Program-made: the position numbers and the translations under genes
Notes under the pieces: model-generated
Told to the model about the DNA's origin: nothing
The model's database searches: none
What the model saw: only the letters and a program-made list of their open reading frames with translations
Source: an uncultured Gemmatimonadales bacterium
GTDB lineage: Bacteria > Gemmatimonadota > Gemmatimonadetes > Gemmatimonadales > GWC2-71-9
Direction: 5' to 3'
DNA length: 64,000 bases
Assembly (NCBI GenBank): GCA_963730185.1
Contig: CAVSQW010000006.1
Coordinates: 448,001 to 512,000 of the forward strand
Shown: positions 39,537 through 49,886 of the stretch, in pieces
How the letters are laid out: every line of letters starts with the position of its first letter
How positions within the stretch are numbered: position 1 is the stretch's first letter

Positions 39537-40724
39537 ATGCCTCACCTTGCCGTCGCCGCCCTCGTGGCGCTCATCCTGCCAACCCTCTCGGCCTGCGGGT
39601 CGAGCGACGGCGGCCCGCCGCCGGCACCGCCGCCGCCCCCGTCGTCGGCTACGCTCCGCCTCGAGACCGTGGCGACCGGGCTCGCCTTCCCGGTCTTTCT
39701 CACCCACGCGCCCGGCGACACCGCCCGGCTCTTCGTCGTGGAGAAGACCGGTCAGGTGCGGATCATCACCAACGGATCGCTGCTCCCCACTCCGTTCGTC
39801 GATCTTTCGTCCCAGGTCAGCGGCGGAAGCGAGCAGGGTCTGCTCGGGATGGCGTTCCATCCCGACTACGCCACCAACGGGATGGTCATCGTGGACTACA
39901 CCGATCGCTCGGGAGACACCCACCTCGCCCGTTTCCAGGTGTCCACGGCCGATCCCAACCAGCTCGACCCCGCCTCGGCGCACACCATCCTCACCGTGAG
40001 CCAGCCCGCCTCCAATCACAACGGCGGGATGGTGACGTTCGCTCCAAGCGATGGCGATCTCTACGTCGGTCTGGGCGACGGCGGCTCGGCCGGCGATCCC
40101 CAGGGCAACGGTCAGAACCGGGCGACCCTGCTCGCCACCATCCTCCGCCTCAGGGTCGCGACCAACGGACAGCTTTCCATCCCGGCCGACAACCCCTTTT
40201 CCGTGGCCAGCGGCTTCCGGCCGGAGATCTGGAGCTACGGGCTCCGCAATCCGTGGCGTTTCAGCTTCGACCGCGCCACCGGCGACCTCTACGTCGGCGA
40301 CGTCGGCCAGGGCGCCCGCGAAGAAATCGATCTCTCGCCCGTGGCCGACGGCGCCGGGCGGGGGCTCGACTTCGGCTGGAACGTGATGGAGGGAACCGCC
40401 TGTTACCCCTCGGGTGGCAACTGCGACCGCACCGGCCTGACGCTGCCGGTTCTCGACTACGACCACGGCCAGGGCTGCTCGGTGACCGGCGGCTACGTCT
40501 ATCGGGGCCCCACGCTGACCAGCATGCAGGGGGTGTACTTCTACGCCGACTACTGTGGCGGGTGGGTGCGGAGCTTCCGATGGGCCGGAGGCCAAGTCAC
40601 GGAAGAGACGGAATGGACCAGCCTCTCGCCGGGCGGGTCGATCACCAGCTTCGGCGAGGACGCCGCGGGCGAGCTCTATGTCCTGACGGAGTCAGGTGGG
40701 GTATATCGGATCGGGCCGGCCTGA
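39537..40724 (+). CDS. PQQ-dependent sugar (glucose/sorbosone) dehydrogenase family lipoprotein
   Basis: LSAC lipobox; EQGLLGMAFHP, NHNGG, LGDGG and YGLRNPWRFSFD motifs. Confidence 0.93.
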   Translation: MPHLAVAALVALILPTLSACGSSDGGPPPAPPPPPSSATLRLETVATGLAFPVFLTHAPGDTARLFVVEKTGQVRIITNGSLLPTPFVDLSSQVSGGSEQGLLGMAFHPDYATNGMVIVDYTDRSGDTHLARFQVSTADPNQLDPASAHTILTVSQPASNHNGGMVTFAPSDGDLYVGLGDGGSAGDPQGNGQNRATLLATILRLRVATNGQLSIPADNPFSVASGFRPEIWSYGLRNPWRFSFDRATGDLYVGDVGQGAREEIDLSPVADGAGRGLDFGWNVMEGTACYPSGGNCDRTGLTLPVLDYDHGQGCSVTGGYVYRGPTLTSMQGVYFYADYCGGWVRSFRWAGGQVTEETEWTSLSPGGSITSFGEDAAGELYVLTESGGVYRIGPA

Positions 40725-40735
40725 CGCGGCGGGGC

Positions 40736-41653
40736 TCAGAAGAGCGCGGCGATCCGCTCGCGACCGGCCCCGTCGGGCAGCCGGCCGAACCCCGCGCCCA
40801 TGTTGTCGACCAGGTGCTCGACCCGGGAGGTCGCGGGAATGGCGCAGGTGACGGCCGGGTGCGACACCACGAACTTGAGGAACAGTTGGGCCCAGCTCGA
40901 GACGTCGTACTCGGCTGCCCAGGGTGGAAGCGGCCGTCCTCGGACCCTGCCGAAGAGCCCCCCACCGCCGAACGGCCGGTTGACGATCACGGCGACCCCC
41001 CGCTCCCGCGCCAGTGGCAGCACCATCCGCTCGGCCCCGCGCTCGTCCAGGGAGTAGTTGATCTGGACGACGTCGATCGGCTCGCTCCGGATCACCCGGG
41101 CCACGTCCTCGTGGGCGGATTCCAGATAGTGGGTGACCCCGAGATATCGGATCCGGCCTTCGTCCCGCCAGGCCCGGAGGGTGCGGCGGTGGGTCGCGAC
41201 GTCGAGGAGGTTGTGCACCTGCATCAGGTCCAACCGAGCCACCCGCATCTTTTTGATCGATGCCTTCATCTGCGCGATCCCCGCCTCCCGGCCGCGGGTC
41301 CAGACCTTGGTGGCGGTGAACATCCGGTCGCCGAGGCCCAGCTCGGCGGCGAGGTCGCCGTAGACCGCTTCCGAGGTCCCGTACATCGGCGACGAATCGA
41401 TCACCCGGCCACCCCGCTCGACGAAGGTGCGGAGCACGTCGCGGAGCGCGGCTCGCGCCCCCTGGTTCCCGCCGACGTCGAAGGTCTGCCAGGTACCCAT
41501 CCCAATGACCGGAAGCGGCTCCCCGGACGAGGGGATCGGGCGCTGAATCGGATCGTCTGCCGGTTCAGGACGGCTCCCTCCGCCGGAGGTCGGGCCGACG
41601 GCCAGGAAGCGGGTTCGGCCCGCCAGGCCGAGGGCGATCGAGGCCGCGATCAC
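40736..41653 (-). CDS. Aldo/keto reductase
   Basis: IGMGTWQTF, IDSSPMYG, ATKVW, LDLMQVHNL and QINYS motifs; the in-frame upstream FRRDVIAA suggests a Tat leader whose start is not resolvable. Confidence 0.92.
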   Translation of the reverse strand: MIAASIALGLAGRTRFLAVGPTSGGGSRPEPADDPIQRPIPSSGEPLPVIGMGTWQTFDVGGNQGARAALRDVLRTFVERGGRVIDSSPMYGTSEAVYGDLAAELGLGDRMFTATKVWTRGREAGIAQMKASIKKMRVARLDLMQVHNLLDVATHRRTLRAWRDEGRIRYLGVTHYLESAHEDVARVIRSEPIDVVQINYSLDERGAERMVLPLARERGVAVIVNRPFGGGGLFGRVRGRPLPPWAAEYDVSSWAQLFLKFVVSHPAVTCAIPATSRVEHLVDNMGAGFGRLPDGAGRERIAALF

Positions 41654-41759
41654 GTCGCGACGGAACTCGTCGGCCGCCGGCGCCGACGGGTGGGTTGCAC
41701 TCGGCTAGCGGGCCGCCCTGATTACCCCCGTCACCCTCACTCGTCAGACGCGGATTTCC

Positions 41760-42706
41760 GTGACCGACCCACCATCGACCCTGCCAACCGGTCCCGAGCT
41801 GGAGCGGCTGCGCGCCGCCATTCCGGCCGGAGTGCACTTCGGGACCTCCACCTGGACCTACCCCGGCTGGCAAGGACTGGTCTATGCCCGGGAGTACCGC
41901 GCCAGCGGGCAGAGCGCGGCGATGCTCGCCGAGTATGCGCGATTCCCGCTCTTCGGCACCGTGGGGATCGACTCGAGCTTCTACGGACCGCCCAAGCCGA
42001 AACCCTGGTCCAATGGGCCAAGGCGCTCCCACCCGGGTTCAAGTGCGTGAGCAAGGTCTGGGACCGGATCACCGTCCACACCTTCGCCGGTGCCCGCGAA
42101 GCGGCGCGCGCCGGTCAGCGAAATCCGGACTTCCTCTCGCCCGAGCTCTTCGAGGAGGAAGTCTGGACGCCCTACCGGACCTATTTCGGCGACCACACCG
42201 GGCCCTTCGTCTTCGAGTTCCAGACCATCGCGGCCCAGGACCGGATCTCGCCGGGACGCTTCGCCGCACTGCTCGACGCCTTCCTCGGCCGGCTGCCCCC
42301 CGAGGGCGAGTATGGAGTCGAGATTCGGAACCAGGAGTTTCTGACGCCCGCCTATTTCGCGGTCCTTCGCGAGCACGGAGTGGCGCACGTCTTCAACTCG
42401 TGGACCCGGATGCCGCCGCTGGGAGGGCAGCTCGACCTGCCGGGGGCCATCACCGGCCGATTCCTGGTGTGCCGCGCCCTGCTCCGACCGGGCCGCAGTT
42501 ACGCTCAAGCGGTGGATCGCTTCGCGCCCTACGATCGGATCCGCGAGGTCAACCCCCGCCTTCGGCGCGACCTGGTGCGGCTGGCCCGGACGGCCGCGGA
42601 GCTCCGCCTGCCGGCCTATCTGCTGGTGAACAATCGGGCGGAGGGAAGCGCGCCACTCACCATTGCGGCGGTGGCCCGGATCCTGGCCGGCGACGTGGAA
42701 GGCTGA
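41760..42706 (+). CDS. DUF72 (YecE-like) protein (one frameshift at about 41998)
   Basis: FGTSTWTYPGWQG and TVGIDSSFY in the first frame; FVFEF, GVEIRN and VNNRAEGSAP in the second frame. Confidence 0.9.
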
Positions 42707-42712
42707 CCATGG

Positions 42713-43072
42713 TCAGGCCGGCGAGTGACGTCGCCGGCGGCGGACGACCGCCCGGCTCCGCCGGCTGCGCCCGAGCTGCCGGACCGCCTCTCGGGACTGC
42801 GCCGCCAGCCGCGTCAACTCGTCTCGATCCAATCCGGCAAGCGGTAACTCGACCCAGCCCAACGGGCTCGGCACCGGCTCGTCCACGAGCGGACGGCCCC
42901 GGGCGCGGGCCATGAGCTCCTGGCGCCGGGGCTCCGGCAGCCGCAGCAGCAGCGACCGCTCGCCCACCAGGGCGAACATGCGGCCCGCCGTGAAATAGCC
43001 TTCGCGGTTCGTAAGGCGGCGAACGGAGACACCCGGGAGGGCACTCAGAAGGGTACGGATGGCGTCGGACAT
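42713..43072 (-). CDS. Small protein, TfoX-N/MmcQ-like
   Basis: GYFTAGRMFALV...LLLRLP...GWVELP pattern. Confidence 0.6.
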   Translation of the reverse strand: MSDAIRTLLSALPGVSVRRLTNREGYFTAGRMFALVGERSLLLRLPEPRRQELMARARGRPLVDEPVPSPLGWVELPLAGLDRDELTRLAAQSREAVRQLGRSRRSRAVVRRRRRHSPA

Positions 43073-43126
43073 CGGGGCAGCGATTGTATCGCCCGGAGCG
43101 GGCCCGCGCCACCCCGATCCGAAGGT

Positions 43127-44344
43127 CTACCGAAACAAGGACCCGAGGTCCTCACCGGCGGTGGCAGCGATCCTGGCCACCGTCTCGCCGATCTTGTTGT
43201 TGGGCGTCGAGGCGCCGGCGGTGATTCCGATCCGAAGACCATCGCCGAGCCAACCGGCGGTCTCGATTTCGGCCTTGGCCCCCACCGGCTGGTGCCGGAT
43301 CGTCCCGGCGGCCGGGTCGATGCACTCCGAGTCCTCGATGTGATAGGTCGGCACGCCGCGCCGCTCGCAGAGCTTGGCCAAGTGGCAGGTGTTGCTCGAG
43401 TTGTAGCCGCCGACCACCACCATCCGGTCGACCCCGTCCTCGAGGAGTTGGACCACGGCGTCCTGACGCTCCTGGGTCGCCGAGCAGATGGTGTCGAAGG
43501 TGCGCACCCGGCGGGCGCCCTCCTCCGGGCCGTACCGCCGAATCACTGCCTGGCGGAGCTCCTCCGCGATCGCCAGCGACTCGCTGGAGAGCATCGTGGT
43601 CTGGTTGGCGAGGCCGATCCGCTCGAGATCCTTCGCGAAGTCGAACCCGGGCGAGATGACGTCCTGGAACCGCTCCGTCATCGCCGCCGGGTCGCCGCCG
43701 CGCTCGATGTAGTCGCACACCTCGTGGGCCTCGGCCATGTCGAGCACCACCAAATACCGTCCGCCGGGATGCCGGGTCACCTGGCTGGCCGTCGCCTTGG
43801 TCTCCTCGTGCCAGTGCTTGCCATGGATCACGGCCGTGAAACCGTCGCGGGCATAGCCCTCGACCCGCTTCCAGACGTTGAGGACCGACCCGCAGGTGGT
43901 GTCGACCAGCACGCACCCGATGGCCCGCAGGCGGTCGAAGTCGTGCCGGGTTACTCCGAAAGCCGGGAGGATCACCACGTCGTCGGCCGACAACCGGGAA
44001 AAGTCGAACTCTCCCGAGTCGCCCCGATGGAGGAAGCACACCCCCATCGATTGGAGCTTGCTGTTGACGTGGGGATTGTGAATGATCTCCCCGACCAGGA
44101 ACAGCCGGCGATCCGGGAACTTGGTCCGCGTCTCGTACGCGTATTCGACCGCCCGGTCCACCCCGTAGCAGAAGCCGAACTCGCGAGCCAGACGGAAGGT
44201 GAGTCGGCCGACCGGTAGGGCGTAGCCGGTAGCCTTGAAGGCCTCGATCACGGCGCTGTGATAGTCGGCCGTGAGAATGCCTTCGATTTCCGTCTTGAGC
44301 CCGAAGCCCTTTCGGAAATAGGTCTGATCGCTCGGGTTGGTCAT
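43127..44344 (-). CDS. ispH: 4-hydroxy-3-methylbut-2-enyl diphosphate reductase
   Basis: FGFCYGVDRAV, IIHNP, DTTC, TICSATQERQ, SSNT and TAGASTP motifs. Confidence 0.96.
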   Translation of the reverse strand: MTNPSDQTYFRKGFGLKTEIEGILTADYHSAVIEAFKATGYALPVGRLTFRLAREFGFCYGVDRAVEYAYETRTKFPDRRLFLVGEIIHNPHVNSKLQSMGVCFLHRGDSGEFDFSRLSADDVVILPAFGVTRHDFDRLRAIGCVLVDTTCGSVLNVWKRVEGYARDGFTAVIHGKHWHEETKATASQVTRHPGGRYLVVLDMAEAHEVCDYIERGGDPAAMTERFQDVISPGFDFAKDLERIGLANQTTMLSSESLAIAEELRQAVIRRYGPEEGARRVRTFDTICSATQERQDAVVQLLEDGVDRMVVVGGYNSSNTCHLAKLCERRGVPTYHIEDSECIDPAAGTIRHQPVGAKAEIETAGWLGDGLRIGITAGASTPNNKIGETVARIAATAGEDLGSLFR

Positions 44345-44868
44345 CCCGTCTTCCGTTTCGAAACCCGGCCGCAGGCACCCTCCGCGGGACGGACCGGAAT
44401 CGCGGTGAAGGTGCCGGACAGGTGGATCGTGTCGACTTGGTTTGCCGCCCGGAGGCGCAGGTCCAAGGTGCCCGTGGCGCCGCTGTCGGTCCCGGTGACG
44501 CTGACGACCCCACCGCTCCCCGTGAACCCCATGATGTCGGTGTCGTCGAACCAGCGGACAGCCGCTGCCGCCAGGGGGCGCCAAGCGACGTTCACCTCCG
44601 GCGCGAGCACCGGATGCGGCCCCGGCGACACGGTATCCCGGTCAAAGAGGACGAAGCTCACACCGGTGTCGCCCCGGATGGCTTCGACCTGGAGCATCGT
44701 GTCGACCGCACACCAGCTGGCCGTGGCGGGCCCCGTGAACCGGCCGGCATACTTGCCAGTCCAGGCCACCGACAGCATCCCGGGGCCATTCTCGACCGCC
44801 GTCGGTTGCGAACGACAGGCCCAGGGCGCCAGCGCCAGGGCCAGGGCCAGAATCAGGGCGACCCGCAT
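44341..44868 (-). CDS. Hypothetical lipoprotein
   Basis: Hydrophobic leader ending PWAC; ATGA overlap with the ispH start. Confidence 0.72.
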   Translation of the reverse strand: MRVALILALALALAPWACRSQPTAVENGPGMLSVAWTGKYAGRFTGPATASWCAVDTMLQVEAIRGDTGVSFVLFDRDTVSPGPHPVLAPEVNVAWRPLAAAAVRWFDDTDIMGFTGSGGVVSVTGTDSGATGTLDLRLRAANQVDTIHLSGTFTAIPVRPAEGACGRVSKRKTG

Positions 44869-44952
44869 GACCGGGAAGCTAGGAGGAAGCCGCCGGGGAG
44901 GACAGCCCGGCGTCGGCAGATGCGATCAGGGATGAGAGGTCGAGCGGTCGGG

Positions 44953-45402
44953 CTACGAGGCCTGCGCCCACTTGCTGCGACCGTCCCGGTGGAGGCCGTA
45001 CGCTCGGAGACGGCGCCACAGCGTCGTCCGGCTGATCCCGAGGCTCTTGGCCGTCTCGGCGAGCCGCCAGCCGTGCGTGTCGAGGGACCGGACGATGGCT
45101 TCCTTCTCTCGCTCGGCCAGGGTCCGGGGACCCACGCTGCCGGGGAGGAACATCGCTTCACCCAGATCGATGGCGCCGACCTTCAGCGGCTTGAGACGGC
45201 CGCCGAGCTCCGCGAGCTGGGGCATCAACTCCCGGGCGGTCACCGAAAGATCCAACTCCAGATCCCGCGCCTGCGAGTTGGCATACAGCACCTTGCCCTG
45301 GCTGTCGAACACCACCACGCCCTCGCTGAAGGAATCGAGCAAAGCCTTCGCGAGCGGTGAGAACACCGAGGGGAGTGGGGTCGGGCTGTTGTTGGCCGTC
45401 AT
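44953..45402 (-). CDS. Small regulator: PAS-like N-terminus + Fis-type HTH, no AAA+ domain
   Basis: LLDSFSEGVVVFDSQGKVLYAN; TLAEREKEAIVRSL...TAKSLGISRTTLWRRL; GAGG RBS. Confidence 0.88.
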   Translation of the reverse strand: MTANNSPTPLPSVFSPLAKALLDSFSEGVVVFDSQGKVLYANSQARDLELDLSVTARELMPQLAELGGRLKPLKVGAIDLGEAMFLPGSVGPRTLAEREKEAIVRSLDTHGWRLAETAKSLGISRTTLWRRLRAYGLHRDGRSKWAQAS

Positions 45403-45434
45403 ATGCCTCGTTTTACGGAGAAACGTTCCAATAG

Positions 45435-45461
45435 GTTTCACGATTGAAACGCTGGCGTCAA
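45435..45461 (-). promoter_or_regulatory. Palindrome GTTTCA-N4-TGAAAC next to a -35-like TTGACG
   Basis: Perfect 6-4-6 palindrome at 45435-45450; minus-strand TTGACG at 45461-45456. Confidence 0.6.
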
Positions 45462-45642
45462 GGGTCGAGCGGGGCGCCATCGTGTTTCAGCTCTTGGTTT
45501 CGGCACCCATTCCAGCTCCCCTCCGATGACTGGCTCGGCTGGCTGGCGGCCGCCGGGAGGCCGGAGGCATGGTCCTGGACCATAGTGATGATGTGGTCTA
45601 GCAGGAGCATAGCATATCGTTTATCATCAATTACATAGCCAC

Positions 45643-45658
45643 CTGACCGGACGTTCAG
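45643..45658 (+). promoter_or_regulatory. Candidate TetR autoregulatory operator
   Basis: CTGAcCGgaCGtTCAG imperfect palindrome just upstream of the TetR RBS. Confidence 0.4.
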
Positions 45659-45675
45659 TCAACCAGGAGGGGACG

Positions 45676-46194
45676 GTGAAAGGACCGATCTTGGAAGCCT
45701 CGGTTTCAGTCCTGCTCTCCAGAGGATTGAACGGATGGTCAGTGGACCGCGTCTCACAGCAGGCCGGGTGCGCCAAAGGGCTGGTCAACTACCATTTCGG
45801 CTCCAAAGCCTCGCTCCTCGCCTCGAGCGCCGAGTCGATCGCGCAGCGGCGAGAGCGGCGGCGAGCGGAGGCGCTATCTGGTGCCCACGGCGCCGATGCG
45901 GTCGACGCTCTCTGGTCCACCGTCGTCGACGACGCTCGATCCGGCAGCTTCGCCGCCTGGATCGAGCTGGCCGCCCTCCAAGGATCGGCCCGCACCGGGT
46001 GGGACGCGGTCGCCCCGGCCGACCGCTTGAGGGGCGAGTTGGCGAGGGCGCTCGAGGTGGGCCTCGACGACCTTCCCGACGGCCTCACCCTCACCGCCCT
46101 CCTCGACGGAATGTCCCTCGCCCTGCTCGAGGGGGCACCTGAGTCCGCGGTCCAGACCGCGTACCAGATGGCCTGGCCTGGACTACTCGGCTGA
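45676..46194 (+). CDS. TetR/AcrR family transcriptional regulator
   Basis: SVDRVSQQAGCAKGLVNYHFGSK HTH; AGGAGG RBS. Confidence 0.9.
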   Translation: MKGPILEASVSVLLSRGLNGWSVDRVSQQAGCAKGLVNYHFGSKASLLASSAESIAQRRERRRAEALSGAHGADAVDALWSTVVDDARSGSFAAWIELAALQGSARTGWDAVAPADRLRGELARALEVGLDDLPDGLTLTALLDGMSLALLEGAPESAVQTAYQMAWPGLLG

Positions 46195-46218
46195 GGCGCC
46201 GGCCGTGGAGCTCCGGTC

Positions 46219-49200
46219 TCAGTGAATTCCCGCCATCGTTTTGGGCGGCCCTTCGGCCCACCACTGATGGGGAAGCGGCCGTTGACGGGGCCAGATCTCG
46301 TTCAAGGTGGCCCCCTCGTACATCCGGCCGTTCTTCATCACGTACTCGATCGAATCGCTGTTCCGGATGTTCGTGAGCGGGTCCTTGTCCAGCACCAGGA
46401 GGTCGGCCAGCTTGCCGACTTCCAGCGACCCAAGATCGGTCCCCATCCCGATCGCCTCGGCGCCATAGATCGTGGCGATCCGGAGCGCGTCGTGATTGGA
46501 GAGCCCGCCCGAGGCCAGTGACCAGAGCTCCCAGTGATCGCCGAGTCCCTGGAGCTGGCCGTGGGCACCCAGCCCGATCCGGCCGCCGGCATCGATGAGC
46601 TTCTGACCCATTCCGCGTGCTTCGGGAAGACGTAGTCGTCCTCCACGAACCACCCGCCCTGGCGATAGCCCCCGCGGATCCCGGGAGGCGGCTCGCTCCC
46701 CCGCCGGCGGGCGCGGGAGTCGATCTGCCCCTTGGGCATGAAGTGGGCGAGCTTGGAATCACCCACCACGTCTTCGTGGGTGTAGTACCAGTTCTCGCCG
46801 AACGGCCCGCCGTAGGACACCAGCAGGGTGGGCGTATTGGTGGTTTGACTGGTCTTGAAGAGCTCAGCGACGTCGTTGAAGATCGGGGCGACCGGCATCG
46901 CGTGCTCCACTCCGGGATACCCGTCCATCGCGTGGGTCAGGTCGAGCTTGAAGTCGATCCCGCCCTCGGTGGTGGGCATGAGCCCGAGCTCCTTGGCCGC
47001 CATGATGACCCACTGGCGCTGCTGGCGGTTGCCCGTCATGTACATCTTGAGGGTCTTCGTATCCCAGAACTCCGAGTAGCGCTTGAGGAACGTCTTGGCC
47101 TGCTCGGCGCTGCCGATGTGATCGCCGGAAAAGACGCCCGGTCCGGTCGAGTAGATCCGGGGCCCGAGCATGCCGCCGCTGGCCACCCGGTCCTCGTAGC
47201 TCAGGACGTCGGTGCTGCCGGTCTGCGGATCACGGGTGGTCGTGACGCCGTAGGCCAGCATGGTGAGGTATTGCCACGTCTGGGTCGAGTGGATCTCGGG
47301 AATCAGCGACTGCGGGTGGTAGTGGATGTCCACGATGCCCGGCATGATGGTCTTGCCGGAGACGTCGATCACCTTGGCGCCCGAGGGAATCGAGACCTGG
47401 CCGCGAGCGCCGATCCCGACAATCCGGTTGTCCTTGATCACGATATCGGCGTCGTCGATGATCTCGTGCCCCTTCATCGTGATCGCGCGACCTCCTCGGA
47501 GGACGACCGTGCCCCGGGGCGTGTCGCGAGGCACCTCGACCGTGACCTTGAGCTCGCTCGGGCGGTAGCCGGGCTCATCGTCCTTCTTGCCCTTGGCCGT
47601 GTCGGGCTTGGCGGCCCGGCCGGCAGCGGCCTTGGCCACTGAATCGGCGCGGAGCCGCGACTCGAGGTCGAACACCTTCAGCTTGATCGAGTCGGGCACG
47701 GTCGCGCCCGCCTTGGTCAGGCTGTCGGCGTGGGCCTTGAGCGTCTTGATGCTGTCGGTCACCGCCTTGGAGACCCGAGCGCTGTCGGCCTTGGCCCGCG
47801 CCGCGGCCTTGAGACTGTCGTCGACGACCTTGGCGCGGGTCAGGTCGTAGGTGAAGAGCACGTTGCCGAGCGCGAAGTAGGCCGTCGCGCCGGTCGCTCC
47901 CCAGGACGGGAATTCGCCGCCCACGTCGGTGAGCTTTCGAACCGGAACCGCGCCGGCGGCCACGTTGACGGTCGGCACCGGGCCGCCGGTCTCGGGGACC
48001 GTGACCGCGTAGACGTCGCGGCTGATCTGAGCGATGACCTGATCGCCTTCCGGGGCCATCATGATCAGCGCGGCCGGCACGCCCATGGGGCCGCCTTCCA
48101 GCGCGTCGGACCGATCCAGCACGGTGCGGACCATGTCGCGCGACACGGTCGCCACCCGGCGGGGCAGGACCGCGGGCTCGAAGTCGGCGTCGAGATCGGC
48201 GATCCCGCCGCCCGAGGGCGGCGCCACCACCTTGATGATCTGCTTCTCGTCGGTGCCGTCCCAGCGAAACGAGACGAGGCCGTCGCGGAAGCTCGAGGCG
48301 TAGATCCGGTCGGGCTGGCTCTTGACGAAGTGGGGGACGTCGCGGCCCGCGGTCGGCGCGATCTCGGTCGCGTCGCCGCCGGTGGACGGCACCCAGATGA
48401 AGTCGCCGCCGATCGGGGCGCCGCCGTTGCCGGACGCGTTCACCAGGACCCGGGAGGCCTGTCGAATGGCCACGATCCGGGAGCCGTCGGGCGACCAGGC
48501 CGGATTGGAATAGAGCGCGCCGACGCGGGTCAGCTGAACCGCCTGCGGGTTCCGCCCCTCGAACGTCACCTTCATGATCTGACCGCCGGCCGTCTCGTCC
48601 CAGGTGATCCAGGCGAGCGACTTGCCGTCGAACGACCAGCTGGCCTCGTACTCCCCGACGTCGGCCGAGGTGACCCGGCGGGGCGTGCCGTCGGGCAGGT
48701 CCATCACGTAGAGCCGGTCGACGGCGGTGAACGCCAGGTGCTTCCCGTCGGGCGACACCGCCGGGTTCCGGATCTGGTGGGCGGTGATCGTCGCCGAGGT
48801 GTCTACCCGGTAGGTGAACTTGACCTCGGGCCCGATCGCGGCATGGACGTCGGCGGAGAATGGAATCCGCACCGGCGCGCTCCGGTCGAGCGGCACCCGC
48901 CAGATCCCGCCGCCGTACGAGATCACGATCGCCTTGGAGTCGGGAAGGAAGGCGTAGCCCGGCAGGACGTCGAGGGTGGCGCGGCCCTCCTGGTCGTCGC
49001 GCTGCACCGGGAAGGCGAGCCAGCTCTCCTCGCCGGTCTCCAGGTTCCGGAGGCGGAGCCCGGTCTTGGATTCGTGCCGGGTGCCGTAGACCAGCCACCG
49101 GCCGTCGGGCGAGACGGCCGGCCGGAAGGCCGAGCCGTACCGGCCGGTCATCTGGGTGGAGACGCCGGTCTCGCGGTCATACCGGGCCAGCTCGTACTGG

Positions 49201-49878
49201 GGATAGATCGCGTTGTAGTTCCAGTCGCCTTCGCGCCCTGCGTACCAGATGTATCGGCCGTCCGGGGTGAAGGCGGCGCCCAGCGTCTTGAGGTTGGCCG
49301 GCTCGCGGATCAGGGGCAGGCCGCTTCCGCCGTCGACGTGGTACATCTGGAGCTTGGCGGTCCCGAAGAGGCTGGTGGCCCGGCTGACCACGATGTACTT
49401 CCCGTCCGGACTCCAGACCGGCGAGACGTATTCGTTGTCGTTGCCGCGGGTCAGCTGGGTGGTGTCGCCGGTGGCGACGTCGAGCAGCCAGACGTTGTCG
49501 CCGCCGCTCCGGTCGGACACGAAGACGATCCGACTTCCCGTCGGGGCTGAACCTCGGCTGGGCGTCGTACGGGAGGCCGCTGGGTGATCGCGGTCGCGCG
49601 GCCGCCGGTGATCGGCATGGTGTAGAGATCGCCGAGCAGGTCGAAGACGATCGTCTTGCCGTCGGGACTCACGTCGAGGGAGATCCAGGTTCCCTCGGTG
49701 GCCGTGAAGTACGCGGTGCGTTGCATGGGCGAGGGGCAGCGGCTTCTGATCGCCGTTCGGGGCGCCGGGGCCGTCGGGTCGCTGCGCCGAAGGTCGGAGC
49801 GCCGGGCAGCAGGGCGAGCAGGCCGAGCGTCGCCGCCGACCGCCGGATCGCGGACTTGAGCATGATGGAGTCTCTCAT
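46219..49878 (-). CDS. Exported PD40/TolB-propeller amidohydrolase, copy C (frameshifts at about 46610 and 49540-49740)
   Basis: [45 protein letters not shown] and GKLADL motifs spread over several frames. Confidence 0.88.
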
Positions 49879-49886
49879 GACGCGCC

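Noticed and set aside
40253..42706. 817-aa ORF as a single fusion protein
   Set aside because: Only the 3' part is real (DUF72 after a frameshift); the rest overlaps the dehydrogenase and aldo/keto reductase genes
45444..45638. Small ORFs in the lower-GC gap between the Fis-HTH and TetR genes
   Set aside because: Atypical codon use; better explained as a divergent promoter region
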